From assembly GCA_963727625.1 (NCBI GenBank), contig CAVSHR010000005.1, positions 256,001-320,000 of the forward strand: a DNA stretch of 64,000 nucleotides, given 5' to 3'. A model generated the notes under the pieces. The model made no database searches. It had not been told where the DNA came from and was given only the letters and a program-made list of their open reading frames with translations. This document shows positions 53,920 to 63,544 of the stretch, in pieces (within the stretch, counting starts at the first letter, position 1; each line of letters starts with the position of its first letter). The DNA is from an uncultured delta proteobacterium. Lineage in GTDB: Bacteria > Desulfobacterota > Binatia > UBA9968. The position numbers were made by a program, and so were the translations under genes.

Positions 53920-54144
53920 ATGGATTATCAGAAAATCATAACTATCGAACCGGACAAGCGAGGCGGCAAGCCTTGCGTTCGTGGCACCAGGATGACGGTC
54001 ACCGATGTCCTGGAGTATCTCGCCGGGGGTATGACGCACGAAGAATTACTTGCCGAGTTTCCTGATCTGACAGCCGAGGACATTCGCGCCTGCCTCGCCT
54101 TCGCGGCAGATCGCGAGCGCAAGCTTGCATCCCTTCCGGAATGA
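53920..54144 (+). CDS. DUF433 family antitoxin
   Basis: GGKPCVRGTRMTV and EFPDLTAEDIRACLAFAA. Confidence 0.93.
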   Translation: MDYQKIITIEPDKRGGKPCVRGTRMTVTDVLEYLAGGMTHEELLAEFPDLTAEDIRACLAFAADRERKLASLPE

Positions 54145-54473
54145 AGCTTCTCTTCGACCAAAATCTCTCACCCCGTCTTCCGAGTATATTGATCGACATC
54201 TATCCAGAAAGTGTTCACGTGCGCGAAGTCGGCATGCGTGACGCAACCGACACGGCAATTTGGGAGTACGCCAAAACCAATGATTTTGTAATTGTGTCAA
54301 AAGATTCCGACTTTCAAGCACGCAGCTTACTTTACGGCAGCCCACCGAAATTTATCTGGTTGCGTGTGGGCAACTGCCCAGTCAAAACCATCGAAGAGTT
54401 ACTTCGAAATCATTCCTTGGCCATCCACACTTTCGCGCAGAAACAAGGTCAAAGTCATCTTATGCTTCCGTAA
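54141..54473 (+). CDS. DUF5615 PIN-like toxin
   Basis: MKLLFDQNLS, DTAIWEYA, IVSKDSDF and PPKFIWLRVGN. ATGA overlap with the DUF433 gene. Confidence 0.93.
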   Translation: MKLLFDQNLSPRLPSILIDIYPESVHVREVGMRDATDTAIWEYAKTNDFVIVSKDSDFQARSLLYGSPPKFIWLRVGNCPVKTIEELLRNHSLAIHTFAQKQGQSHLMLP

Positions 54474-54541
54474 GCCCGCGACATTAAAAACGCCAAAATA
54501 AAAGCTCTGACTCTTGGCAGTTCCACGTTAACCATAACGCT

Positions 54542-54773
54542 CGCCAAGGTGCTCCTTCGGCCCGCGCGCGATCGAGGCCGCTGTGCGTTGTTACAGCGCC
54601 GAGCGCATCGTGTGCGGTACCGACGGCACCGAATTCGGTTGCGACTGGACTCACAAGGCCCTCGGTGAAGCAGAGATCAGCGAAGACGCCCGCGCGATGA
54701 TCCTCTAACGCAACGCTGAAGTGGTGATGTCGCACCTTAGAAATTCCGCCACCGCGAAACCACCACCGCTTAA
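54542..54773 (+). pseudogene. Degenerate duplicate of the 3' end of the 52690 amidohydrolase gene
   Basis: Colinear with 53469-53716, with many substitutions, a ~14-bp deletion and an in-frame TAA. Confidence 0.85.
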
Positions 54774-54899
54774 CAGTAACTTCAAAGAGCTGACACTCGG
54801 TTTTCCCTCGACCCTCATGCAGATTACGCTGAGTTTGATTTTTAAATCCTTTACAAAGGAAGGGGTTGACCTACACCTGCTGTAAAGTAAGGTCTTGCA

Positions 54900-56264
54900 A
54901 TGGGTGACATCGATACCTCCACTTCGGCCCGGACCTCAGCCGATATCCTAGTGCTCGGCGGCATCGTTATCACCATGGACGAACGCCGCAGTATTTTGCC
55001 CGACGGAGCGCTGGCGATACGCGGGGACGCCATTGTCGACCTCGGTAAGCGAGCCGAGATCGCTGCGGCGTACCATGGCGCGACGGTTATCGACGCGGCG
55101 GGATGCCTGGTTATTCCCGGGCTGATCGATGCCCACACGCATATCCCGATGACGCTCTTTCGCGGGCTCGCCGACGATCTGCCACTGCACACCTGGCTCG
55201 AGCAGCATGTCTGGCCCGCGGAGCAAAAGTTCATCAACGAAGAAACCGTACGATGGGGCAGCCGCCTTGGCGTTGCCGAGCTGGTGCGTTCGGGCGTGAC
55301 CACGCTATGCGATATGTATTTCCATGAAGATCAGGTCGCGGAGGTCGTCGATGAGCTCGGGATGCGTGGGATTCTGTCAAACGTCTACTTCGACGCTACC
55401 GCCGCCAACGACACGGAACGCGCGCGCACGTTGGCTGGCGCCGAACAGTTCATCGCTCGCTGGCACGGTCACTCCCGTATTGTACCAGCATTAGGACCCC
55501 ACGCGACCTACACCGTGGGGCCCGACCTTTACCGTCGATTGCACGCGCTCGCTGAGCGAACGGATGTTCCCGTTGTCACCCACTTGGCCGAAACCCGGGA
55601 GGAAGATCGTGAGATCCGCCGCCGCTACGGGCTCTCGCCCGTACATCACTTGGAGAACCTCGGCCTCGTAGATGCCCGGTTAGTCGCCGCCCACTGTGTC
55701 TGGGTCAATGGCGAAGAAATCGACCTCCTGGCGGCGGCCCGTGTGGGCGTGGTGCATAATCCCCGCAGCAACCTGAAGCTCGCCAGCGGCATCGCGCCGA
55801 TTCCCGACATGCTGAGCGCCGCCGTCCTGGTTGCTCTCGGCACCGATGGTGCTGCAAGCAACAATGAGCTTAATCTGCTCGCCGAGATTCGCACCGCCGC
55901 TCTTGTTCACAAGGGTGTCCGGCTCGATCCTCTAGCAGTTCCGGCAATCGCAGCGCTTGAGATGGCCACCATCGGGGGCGCGCGCACACTCAAGTTGGAT
56001 CACCTGGTCGGCTCGCTAGAGCCGGGAAAGCGGGCCGATGTCGTGGTCATCGACCTCGACGAAGACAACCTGGTGCCGCTCTACGATCCTGTGTCTCATC
56101 TCGCCTACGCCGTGGAGACCTCCAACGTGAGAACGGTCATTATCGATGGACGCATCGTGCTGCGAGACGGCGTGCTCGCTACTGCTGACGAAAGGGAGAT
56201 TCGCCGCCGGGTGCGCGAGCTAGCGATCGAGATCGGCTCCTTCCGGGGGATCGCATCCTCCTGA
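54900..56264 (+). CDS. Amidohydrolase, MTA/SAH deaminase (MtaD/Atz-Trz-like)
   Basis: PGLIDAHTH, THLAET, AAHCVW, HNPRSNLKLASG, GTDGAASNN and GSLEPGKRAD. Confidence 0.88.
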   Translation: MGDIDTSTSARTSADILVLGGIVITMDERRSILPDGALAIRGDAIVDLGKRAEIAAAYHGATVIDAAGCLVIPGLIDAHTHIPMTLFRGLADDLPLHTWLEQHVWPAEQKFINEETVRWGSRLGVAELVRSGVTTLCDMYFHEDQVAEVVDELGMRGILSNVYFDATAANDTERARTLAGAEQFIARWHGHSRIVPALGPHATYTVGPDLYRRLHALAERTDVPVVTHLAETREEDREIRRRYGLSPVHHLENLGLVDARLVAAHCVWVNGEEIDLLAAARVGVVHNPRSNLKLASGIAPIPDMLSAAVLVALGTDGAASNNELNLLAEIRTAALVHKGVRLDPLAVPAIAALEMATIGGARTLKLDHLVGSLEPGKRADVVVIDLDEDNLVPLYDPVSHLAYAVETSNVRTVIIDGRIVLRDGVLATADEREIRRRVRELAIEIGSFRGIASS

Positions 56265-56289
56265 GGCGCGCAGTTGGGGGAAGCATCAG

Positions 56290-56690
56290 TGACAGACATG
56301 CCTATTAACTCATGGTAGGAGGGAACGATGCCGCGCCACCCCGAGTTCACGCTGAAGGCTTGCTCTTTCACGTCATGGCCCACGGCAATGACGGGCAGAA
56401 GATTTTTCTCGGTGAAACCAACTATCGGGCATTCAAGGATTGTCGATAGCGGCGGACTGCGTCCACTTCTTGTGATAATCGAATCCGATGTAGGTCATAC
56501 TCCAACCTCCTTCGTAGGTGGTTTCTGTTTCTCCCATGCTACTCAGAGTTGGTCCCTCTTTCATATCATCTGTCACCGTGTGTATTCCGTCTTTGACTGC
56601 TTTCCCGCTTCGGACAAGCGCAAGTTCAGAAACGCTGCAAGGACGCCCCGGCACCGGCTTTAACTCGCTAAGGAGCGGCATTCCTAAAAT
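56290..56690 (-). mobile_element. Internally deleted IS110-family element remnant (boundaries approximate)
   Basis: AAGGAGG RBS then MTYIGFDYHKKWTQSAAID (56498-56433), which matches the DEDD recombinase start. It is followed by a degraded C-terminal-like segment and non-coding flanks. Confidence 0.6.
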
Positions 56691-56842
56691 CGAAGTGCCG
56701 GAAGAAAATCAGCGGGAAGACAGCGTCGAATATCTCGACGGCGACGACGAGCGATTTTCCGACCGCAGACCGGCGGACAACTGCTCAACGAAATATTCGC
56801 CAACCCGGGCCAATAGCTTTCGTTACATTCGGCGTCATTGAA

Positions 56843-56985
56843 GCGCGCGCAGGCCATGGGGCGTGCCAACCTCGCGTTCATTTCACGCGAACCATCAAGT
56901 CGAAGACGCGTTGAGGGCTGCGGTGGTAGCGCGATGATTACGCCCCCTTTGACACGCTGCTGAATTTTTTGTCGCGCCCTTTCGG
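56843..56985 (+). pseudogene. 3' remnant of selO/ydiU (protein adenylyltransferase)
   Basis: With two frameshifts it reads AQAMGRANLAFISR-NHQVEDALRAAV-RDDYAPFDTLLNFLSRPF, resembling the SelO C-terminal NPxxIPRNH.VExAL...LL..L..P motif. Confidence 0.6.
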
Positions 56986-57157
56986 CTGGGGTCGTTTTCC
57001 TCTCACGATTAAAAAAATATAAAGACCTGGCCCTGATCGATGTGCTGCGGTGAGACCGACGAGAATCCGAAATGTCAAAATACAACCCTTGACCCCGATG
57101 CTCAGGCGGGCAAAACTGGGGGACGATAGCTCGTCACTAACAGCCGAAGGGTGAAAT

Positions 57158-60100
57158 ATGGCTTTGATCCATGCTTCGTTGCTCGATAATTGGGCGAACT
57201 TGAATCTTTCGCGCGATAAGCTTGGAGAACTGCTTAGGCGGTTGATCCATGCCAACATCTCCCTGCCCGCCATCAAGACGATCCGTTTTCTAGCGCACGA
57301 ATCAAATCAACTTTCTGGCTGGGATGGAACTCTGGAATGCCAGAGCCAAGTGCCTTGGATACCATCTAACACTTCGGTCTGGGAGCTTGGAACCGGAAGC
57401 AGCGCTCGCCAAAAAATTCGCAATGATTTTGCCGAGCGACGAGAAAAGGAGCTTCTGCCTAACTGGGAGAGGAACAAGACAACGTACGTGGCCGTTACTC
57501 TAAGGAAAGTTGACGATATCGCGAATCTAATTAATGAACTGACGCGCGATAGTCCTTGGTTCGATGTCCGTGTAATCGACGCGCAAGCGTTTGAAGAATG
57601 GATTGAAGTAAGCCCAACCGTCGAAACATGGTTACAAGAGCAGGGGATAGGCCCTCCACCGAGTATTTGCACGCTTTCGAGAGCGTGGGGAGATTGGAGT
57701 GAGAAGACTCAGCCCCCCGTTTCAACTAAGCTTGTTCTTGCCGGACGGACTCAAAATGCCGCTGACCTGCGGAGCAATCTGGCCAGTCCCGGCAGCCCAA
57801 TCAATGTCCAAGCGGATTCACCGGCTGAAGCGGTAGCATTTGTTTATTCGGTTATTGAATCTTCCGATGACGATTTATTCCGTGACTCATTCCTAGCCCG
57901 AGCCATCGTGATTAACCGAGGCGCGGATGCGGCGCGATTTCGATCCTCTCCAAAGGCACAAAACATAATCCTTACTCCGCCTGCGACAACCGAATCTTTA
58001 TCACTGTCACGATGTGGTCACACAGTAATTAATACTCTTGGAAATGGTTCGTTGGCGCATAGAATTGCAATTCGGATAATTCGGCCGCTACGCTCTGATT
58101 TTGCCAACGCTCTCGTCGGAATGGGGATGTCCGAAGACGAAGCTGCCGTTGAAGCGCGAGCCTGTGGGGGAAGCGCATCGATTTGGCGCGTTTGGAATCT
58201 CTATCGCTGTGCAGACCCTGAAAGCGAAATTCCTGACTGGGCAAAACCGGAATGTTCGGCGCTCGTTGTACCTGCTGTATTATTAGGCGGTTGGAATGAA
58301 GACTCTGAGGGCGATAGGAAAATCATCGAGACTATCAGCGGAAAAACCTTTAGCGATTATCGCTATCAACTCAATCGTTTTGTTTCCTCGGACAATCCTC
58401 TCTTAATAAAGGTCAGTGATGCATGGGTAATTTCGGCTCCAGCCACCGCGTTTGCTCTTACCTCACGTCACATAACACAAGGCCATCTTGATGCTTTTTC
58501 AAAGGTAGTCAAGACAGTTTTCTCAGAAGTCGATCCAACAATTAATCTTCCGCCCGATGAACGAGCTTATGCCGGACTCAAAGATATCCATATGAGGAAC
58601 TCGACGTGGTTACGTGACGGTCTTGCCGAGTCACTGCTGCGTATTGCGGTTATAGGGGATGAGCTTGAACGAAATGGCGTGATTCCGCAGCGTCAAAGTC
58701 GTCAAATTTACGTGGACTCGATTGTGAGAGAACTGCCGGGCTTACGTGAAGACTGGCGGCTTGTGGCGAGTCTTAAAGATCAGCTCCCCGTGCTTGCAGA
58801 GGCGGCCCCTCTCCCTTTCGTCGAAGCCCTGGAACGCCTTCTCCAGGGCGAACCTGAGAAACTTCGGCCTATTTTTGTCGAAGGCAAAGGGCTATTCCCA
58901 GACGTATTCCACACGGGATTGCTATGGGCACTGGAAACATTGGCGTGGAATCCGGCTTATCTTGCTCCTGTTGTAATTATCCTCGGAAAACTCGCGGAAA
59001 TCGACCCGGGCGGACAATTATCGAATCGACCAATAAACACACTCAAGGAAATCTTTCTTGCGTGGAGGCCAGGTACGAGTGCGAACCTCGACCAAAGACT
59101 AGAGGCCTTGGATTTGGTGCTCGATCGATTTGATGAGATCGGCTGGGATTTATTGAGCGGAATTTTACCAAAGAGTAGTGACGTATCCTCCCCAACGCGT
59201 GAACCCCAGTGGAGAGACTTCGGACGGTCGCAGAGGGAACCGCTCACCAATGCCGCGATGTGGAGAGCCTATAAAAACTACGTTGACCGAGCAATTAGTC
59301 ATGCTCGAGCCCAAGGAAGTCGTTGGAAAACACTCATTGACGTTTGCGATGATATTCCAGACGAGTGGCAGAAGTCGATCGAGGGAGGGTTGATTGACTT
59401 AGCTAAGCAGGGCCTGTCTCAGGGTGATCGAAAAATAATCTGGGAGGCGATTAGGCGCTTTCTCAACAGACACAGGGCGTACGCGGAGGCACCATGGTCA
59501 CTTCCAGAAGAACGCCTTAAACGACTTGATGGTGTTAGGCAGCTTTTTGAGCCCAAAGATCTCATAGATCAGGTTGCGTGGCTTTTTAACGAAGATTTTC
59601 CAGATTTACCGGTTCCCAAAACTAATTACGAAACGGAACGCGAGCAATTGAATAACCTCCGCAATGACGCCATAAAAAAGGTGTGGGAAATCGGTCAAGC
59701 TGAATTGATCAAAAGTCTTGTCAATCAAGTTTCGTACGTGGGCTTGGTTGGCGCGCATTTGATGCCGTGCCTGAATGATGCAAAAATCGCGATCGAAATA
59801 ATGGAACTGACGCGCAATGGAACTGATAAAGAGAAATTTTTTGCAAGGTGCCTCTCCGGAAGCGCGTATGACAAATTCGGCGATGCCTGGACGCTAATTC
59901 TGCTCTCGAAAACGAAAGACCACAGTTGGTCGGCCGACGAACTTGTCAATGCACTGCTTAATTTTCCAGATGCGCGAAAAACATTTCAATTATTAGAATC
60001 TTTTACCCCCGAAATACAGCGGGTATATTGGGTTAGGAGACCAAGATGGCTTAGTTGTAAGGATGAAGATCTGGTCGCTTATGCCATCAAGAAATTGATG

Positions 60101-60976
60101 GAAAATGGACGTGCTCTTGATGCTCTAGTTTCTGCTGCGCAACACTGGAAGTCAAAAGAGCCCATCGTTGTATTTGAATTATTGGACCTAGCCGTCCAAG
60201 AACTGAATGATAAAAAGGATGACCAAACATTAGGAAATGCTGGTTTCTGGCTTAACGAGTTGTTCAAGTGGCTTCGTCGTCAACCGGGGATCGATAAAGG
60301 GCAGCTCGCGCGTAGGGAATACGCTTACTTGCCGCTTCTCACAGGAACTGCTGAAAGAACACATTTGGCATTGCATGAGATCCTTGCAACCGACCCGGTC
60401 TTCTTCGTCAGGGTAGTATCCGATCTCTATAAAGCATCTTCCGATGTGAACGAACATTACCAACCTACAAAGGATGAGCGTCTCCGTGCAGAATTTGCTT
60501 GGGAGCTTCTGAGATCGTGGAGGCAACCGCCCGGAGTTACCGCTAGCGGGGATGTGGATGCTGACAAACTTAACGAGTGGGTCGAAAGAGCACGCCAGCT
60601 TGCAGTTGAAGTGGATCGCAACGATGTCACGGATCGCGAAATAGGCAAAGTTTTATTCTATTTTCCGAGCGATCCGAACGACTCCGTATGGCCACATATT
60701 GAGTTGCGGCGATTACTTGAAAGACTTCAAAATGAAAATTTGGAGGCGGGCATCGAACTTGAACAGTTTAATGCGCGAGGAGTTGTCAACAAAGGGCTAT
60801 TTGAGGGAGGCACTCAAGAACGAGCCCTTGCTGAAAAATGGCGCAATTGGGCTCTAGGATTGGGGCTTCGCTGGCCACGCACACGGGCCGTGTGCGAACG
60901 AATAGCGGCGTTGTGGGAATCTGACGCAAAGCGCGAAGATGAGAGAGCGAAGAAGCAACGGCTCCAAATGGGGTGA
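57158..60976 (+). CDS. Large hypothetical protein: restriction-nuclease-like N-terminus, degenerate STAND-like core, long helical C-terminus
   Basis: Uninterrupted 1272-aa ORF, visibly AT-richer than its flanks, with GWDG...WELG...K...D, VLAGR and ACGGS motifs. Confidence 0.75.
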   Translation: MALIHASLLDNWANLNLSRDKLGELLRRLIHANISLPAIKTIRFLAHESNQLSGWDGTLECQSQVPWIPSNTSVWELGTGSSARQKIRNDFAERREKELLPNWERNKTTYVAVTLRKVDDIANLINELTRDSPWFDVRVIDAQAFEEWIEVSPTVETWLQEQGIGPPPSICTLSRAWGDWSEKTQPPVSTKLVLAGRTQNAADLRSNLASPGSPINVQADSPAEAVAFVYSVIESSDDDLFRDSFLARAIVINRGADAARFRSSPKAQNIILTPPATTESLSLSRCGHTVINTLGNGSLAHRIAIRIIRPLRSDFANALVGMGMSEDEAAVEARACGGSASIWRVWNLYRCADPESEIPDWAKPECSALVVPAVLLGGWNEDSEGDRKIIETISGKTFSDYRYQLNRFVSSDNPLLIKVSDAWVISAPATAFALTSRHITQGHLDAFSKVVKTVFSEVDPTINLPPDERAYAGLKDIHMRNSTWLRDGLAESLLRIAVIGDELERNGVIPQRQSRQIYVDSIVRELPGLREDWRLVASLKDQLPVLAEAAPLPFVEALERLLQGEPEKLRPIFVEGKGLFPDVFHTGLLWALETLAWNPAYLAPVVIILGKLAEIDPGGQLSNRPINTLKEIFLAWRPGTSANLDQRLEALDLVLDRFDEIGWDLLSGILPKSSDVSSPTREPQWRDFGRSQREPLTNAAMWRAYKNYVDRAISHARAQGSRWKTLIDVCDDIPDEWQKSIEGGLIDLAKQGLSQGDRKIIWEAIRRFLNRHRAYAEAPWSLPEERLKRLDGVRQLFEPKDLIDQVAWLFNEDFPDLPVPKTNYETEREQLNNLRNDAIKKVWEIGQAELIKSLVNQVSYVGLVGAHLMPCLNDAKIAIEIMELTRNGTDKEKFFARCLSGSAYDKFGDAWTLILLSKTKDHSWSADELVNALLNFPDARKTFQLLESFTPEIQRVYWVRRPRWLSCKDEDLVAYAIKKLMENGRALDALVSAAQHWKSKEPIVVFELLDLAVQELNDKKDDQTLGNAGFWLNELFKWLRRQPGIDKGQLARREYAYLPLLTGTAERTHLALHEILATDPVFFVRVVSDLYKASSDVNEHYQPTKDERLRAEFAWELLRSWRQPPGVTASGDVDADKLNEWVERARQLAVEVDRNDVTDREIGKVLFYFPSDPNDSVWPHIELRRLLERLQNENLEAGIELEQFNARGVVNKGLFEGGTQERALAEKWRNWALGLGLRWPRTRAVCERIAALWESDAKREDERAKKQRLQMG

Positions 60977-61003
60977 ACCGATTCCATCAACGGTATTAAG
61001 CAG

Positions 61004-61260
61004 ATGGATTACAACAAACTCGTGACAGACATTGAAAAGGTTCCCAGAGATATAGAGGGTGCTACAAAAAATATCGTTACGCTCTTGGAACATACGAGGC
61101 ATTTGGAAGGGAGAACGGATATCGCTGAGCCACTCGCGCGAGGCTTGCTTGACTCCGCTCCATACTTTATTCACAAGCAGCTCAAGCGATTGCAACTACA
61201 TCTCGAGGATGATCCAGACATCATCGCATGGATCTCCCGAAACTTAATGGAGTTGGGAAA
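61004..61260 (+). pseudogene. Truncated hypothetical gene co-oriented with the 1272-aa ORF
   Basis: It starts 27 bp after the large ORF and shares the AT-rich style. It is helical up to AWISRNLMEL (RxxxE), after which the frame runs into the antisense of the next gene. Confidence 0.5.
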
Positions 61261-61298
61261 CTTCTGGGGTCTGCCTGACTTTTACATCTCGACTGAAT

Positions 61299-62141
61299 CT
61301 AGTCTTTCTTCGGCGACCAGCCGTAAACTTTGGCGCAGGCACCGCCCATCAGCATCGCGCGCTCACTTTCGCTCAGGCGTTCGGTGAGACGGAAAGGCTC
61401 GACCGCCTGTTCGTAGTTGACGACCGCCAAGGCGCGGGTCCAATCGGTGCCCCACAAGCAGCGGTCGATGCCCCAGGCGTCGAACACGCGGGCGAGCGGG
61501 TCCCAGATGTCCGAGAAGGGATAGGGTTCCTTGGAAAGCGTGCAGGCGCCGCTGACCTTGATCACCGCGTTCGGGCGCTTGGCCAGCTCCAGCACCTTCG
61601 GCAGGTCTGACCACGGCTGCGGCGGCGCAGGGGGAGTGCGCGGCTGCAGGAGTGCCAGATGGTCGATGATGAATCGCGTCTCGGGATGGCGATCGATCAG
61701 CGCCGTGCCCGTTTCAACATTGCCCCAGCAGAGCATGTTGACCGGCAAATCGTGCCTAACCGCTGCGCGCAAGATACGGTCGAGCCCCGGATCGGTCGGA
61801 TCGCGCCCAGATTCTTTCGTCATCATGATGCGGATGCCGACCGCACCCTGCGTCCTTTTCCAGTCGGCGATGACGTCGGCCACTGCCGGATCGTCCGGAT
61901 CTACCGGTTTCACCAGCGCAAAACGGCCGGGGTGGGCGCGCTGCACTTCGACGGCATAGCTTGCATCGTAGCGGTACATGGTGAAAGCGGAGATGAAGAT
62001 CGCCCCGTGGACGCCAACCTTGTCCATCGCCCCCACCATCTCGTCGCCCGTTACGTGATCCGGCCAGTTCGGCACGCTGTGCCAGGGCCGGTTCGGCGTG
62101 TTTGCCTCGTAGACGTGGACTTGGGAATCTATTATCGCCAT
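61299..62141 (-). CDS. Amidohydrolase_2 family protein (lactonase-like)
   Basis: IIDSQVH, IIDHL, IKVSG and WGTDWT. Confidence 0.9.
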   Translation of the reverse strand: MAIIDSQVHVYEANTPNRPWHSVPNWPDHVTGDEMVGAMDKVGVHGAIFISAFTMYRYDASYAVEVQRAHPGRFALVKPVDPDDPAVADVIADWKRTQGAVGIRIMMTKESGRDPTDPGLDRILRAAVRHDLPVNMLCWGNVETGTALIDRHPETRFIIDHLALLQPRTPPAPPQPWSDLPKVLELAKRPNAVIKVSGACTLSKEPYPFSDIWDPLARVFDAWGIDRCLWGTDWTRALAVVNYEQAVEPFRLTERLSESERAMLMGGACAKVYGWSPKKD

Positions 62142-62288
62142 CGGTGAAGCTCCGCTGCGCTCAGTGGGGTTTTAGCATTGCAACAAATCGTGGACGACTT
62201 CAAAGTCTTGGCCATAAGCTGTAACTTTCTCGAACTCAAAGTTTGTGCGACGTGATGAGATGGCGTCTTTACCTTTGACATTCCCAAA

Positions 62289-62597
62289 TTATGCCAGCAG
62301 GCTTCTATTCTCTTCGATACTCTTTCTCACCCTCTGCGGTAGCGCCTTCTCGGCGTTGCGCAGGTCGTAGGCCATTTGCAGGTTCATCCAGAATTCCGCC
62401 GAGGTTTTGAAAAAGGTTCCCAGCCGGATTGCCGTATCCCCTGTGATTCCCCGCTCATCCTTCAGTATCGCCGTGATGCGATTGGGCGGCACGCCGATCG
62501 CTTTCGCCAGCGCGTTTGCACTCAAACCCAACGGTTTCAAAAATTCTTCGCCGAGAACTTCACCGGGCGGCACCGGTCGCATCCCATTCTTTTTCAT
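62289..62597 (-). CDS. higA: HigA antitoxin (XRE HTH)
   Basis: PVPPGEVLGEEFLKPLGLS and AEFWMNLQ. Confidence 0.95.
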   Translation of the reverse strand: MKKNGMRPVPPGEVLGEEFLKPLGLSANALAKAIGVPPNRITAILKDERGITGDTAIRLGTFFKTSAEFWMNLQMAYDLRNAEKALPQRVRKSIEENRSLLA

Positions 62598-62608
62598 TTC
62601 ATCATACC

Positions 62609-62887
62609 TCAATGATAATCCACGATTTCGACGTCATACGGACCGTCATCCTTCCAATTAAAACAGATCCGCCATTGATCATTGATCCGGATACTGTATT
62701 GCCCCGCTCTGTCTCCGGAGAGCTTTTCGAGCCTATTTCCGGGACTCGCGGCGAGGTCGCCGAGTCTCAGCGCACTATCCAGCATGACCAGCTTGCGCTC
62801 CGCCGCTTTCTTGAAGCCTGAAAACTGCCTGACATTCTCTCCGCCGAAGAAATCCTCCGTCTTGCGGTCCTTGAAGCTTCGGATCAT
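62609..62887 (-). CDS. higB: HigB toxin (RelE family)
   Basis: MIRSFKD, PGNRLEKLSGDRAGQYSIRINDQWRICF and VDYH. The toxin gene lies upstream of the antitoxin. Confidence 0.96.
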   Translation of the reverse strand: MIRSFKDRKTEDFFGGENVRQFSGFKKAAERKLVMLDSALRLGDLAASPGNRLEKLSGDRAGQYSIRINDQWRICFNWKDDGPYDVEIVDYH

Positions 62888-62895
62888 CTCCTGAA

Positions 62896-62924
62896 ACGTT
62901 ACCAGAGTTTACGGGTTACGTAAA
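62896..62924 (-). promoter_or_regulatory. higBA promoter/operator
   Basis: Minus strand TTTACG-17 nt-TAACGT with an extended -10 TG. The palindrome TTTACG-N5-CGTAAA (62908-62924) overlaps it. Confidence 0.55.
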
Positions 62925-63114
62925 ACAACACGCCTCGGGGATCATTTCCGATAGCGGATCGAACACTGGGGTTTCGGTAGACGCGCCGGCGGGCGCCGAC
63001 ATTCGACCTTTCTTGCCGTCGGCCGCGCCGTGCTGCTATGGTGACGCTCGTCTACAAGAAATCTTGAGTTGTCTCTCCACTAAACCTAAAAACCGACACA
63101 AATCGATCAACCTT

Positions 63115-63516
63115 ATGCTCGACGCCGTCATCGCCGTGATTATGAAGGGAGAAAAGGTTCTGTTCATCCAAAGGGCGCCGAACATTCGGGGCGGCGGGCA
63201 TTGGGCGCCGGTGAGCGGTGAAGTGGAGGCCGGCGAGAGCCAGGCAGCGGCCGTGGCACGCGAGGCGATGGAAGAAGTGGGCTTGACGGTGCGGCCGATG
63301 CAAAAGGTTTGGGAGAACGTCTCGACGCGGGGCACTTTTAAACTGCACTGGTGGATGGCGGAGTACGTGGGCGGCGAATTGACGCTCAACCCTGCCGAAG
63401 TGAGCGATGCACGATGGCTCACGGTCGACGAGATTTGCCGCATGGACGGCACGTTCGAAGGCGACCGGGAATTTTATCTGAATATTATTCCTGCGCTCGT
63501 TCCCGCAAATAAGTAA
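63115..63516 (+). CDS. NUDIX hydrolase
   Basis: Nudix box GEVEAGESQAAAVAREAMEEVG. Confidence 0.92.
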   Translation: MLDAVIAVIMKGEKVLFIQRAPNIRGGGHWAPVSGEVEAGESQAAAVAREAMEEVGLTVRPMQKVWENVSTRGTFKLHWWMAEYVGGELTLNPAEVSDARWLTVDEICRMDGTFEGDREFYLNIIPALVPANK

Positions 63517-63544
63517 TCGCGGCAGATCAGCGGCGCCGGCTCAA

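Noticed and set aside
62289-62887. HigBA as part of the 1272-aa protein system
   Set aside because: It is separated by an unrelated amidohydrolase, lies on the opposite strand and has its own promoter. The linkage cannot be supported from this window alone.
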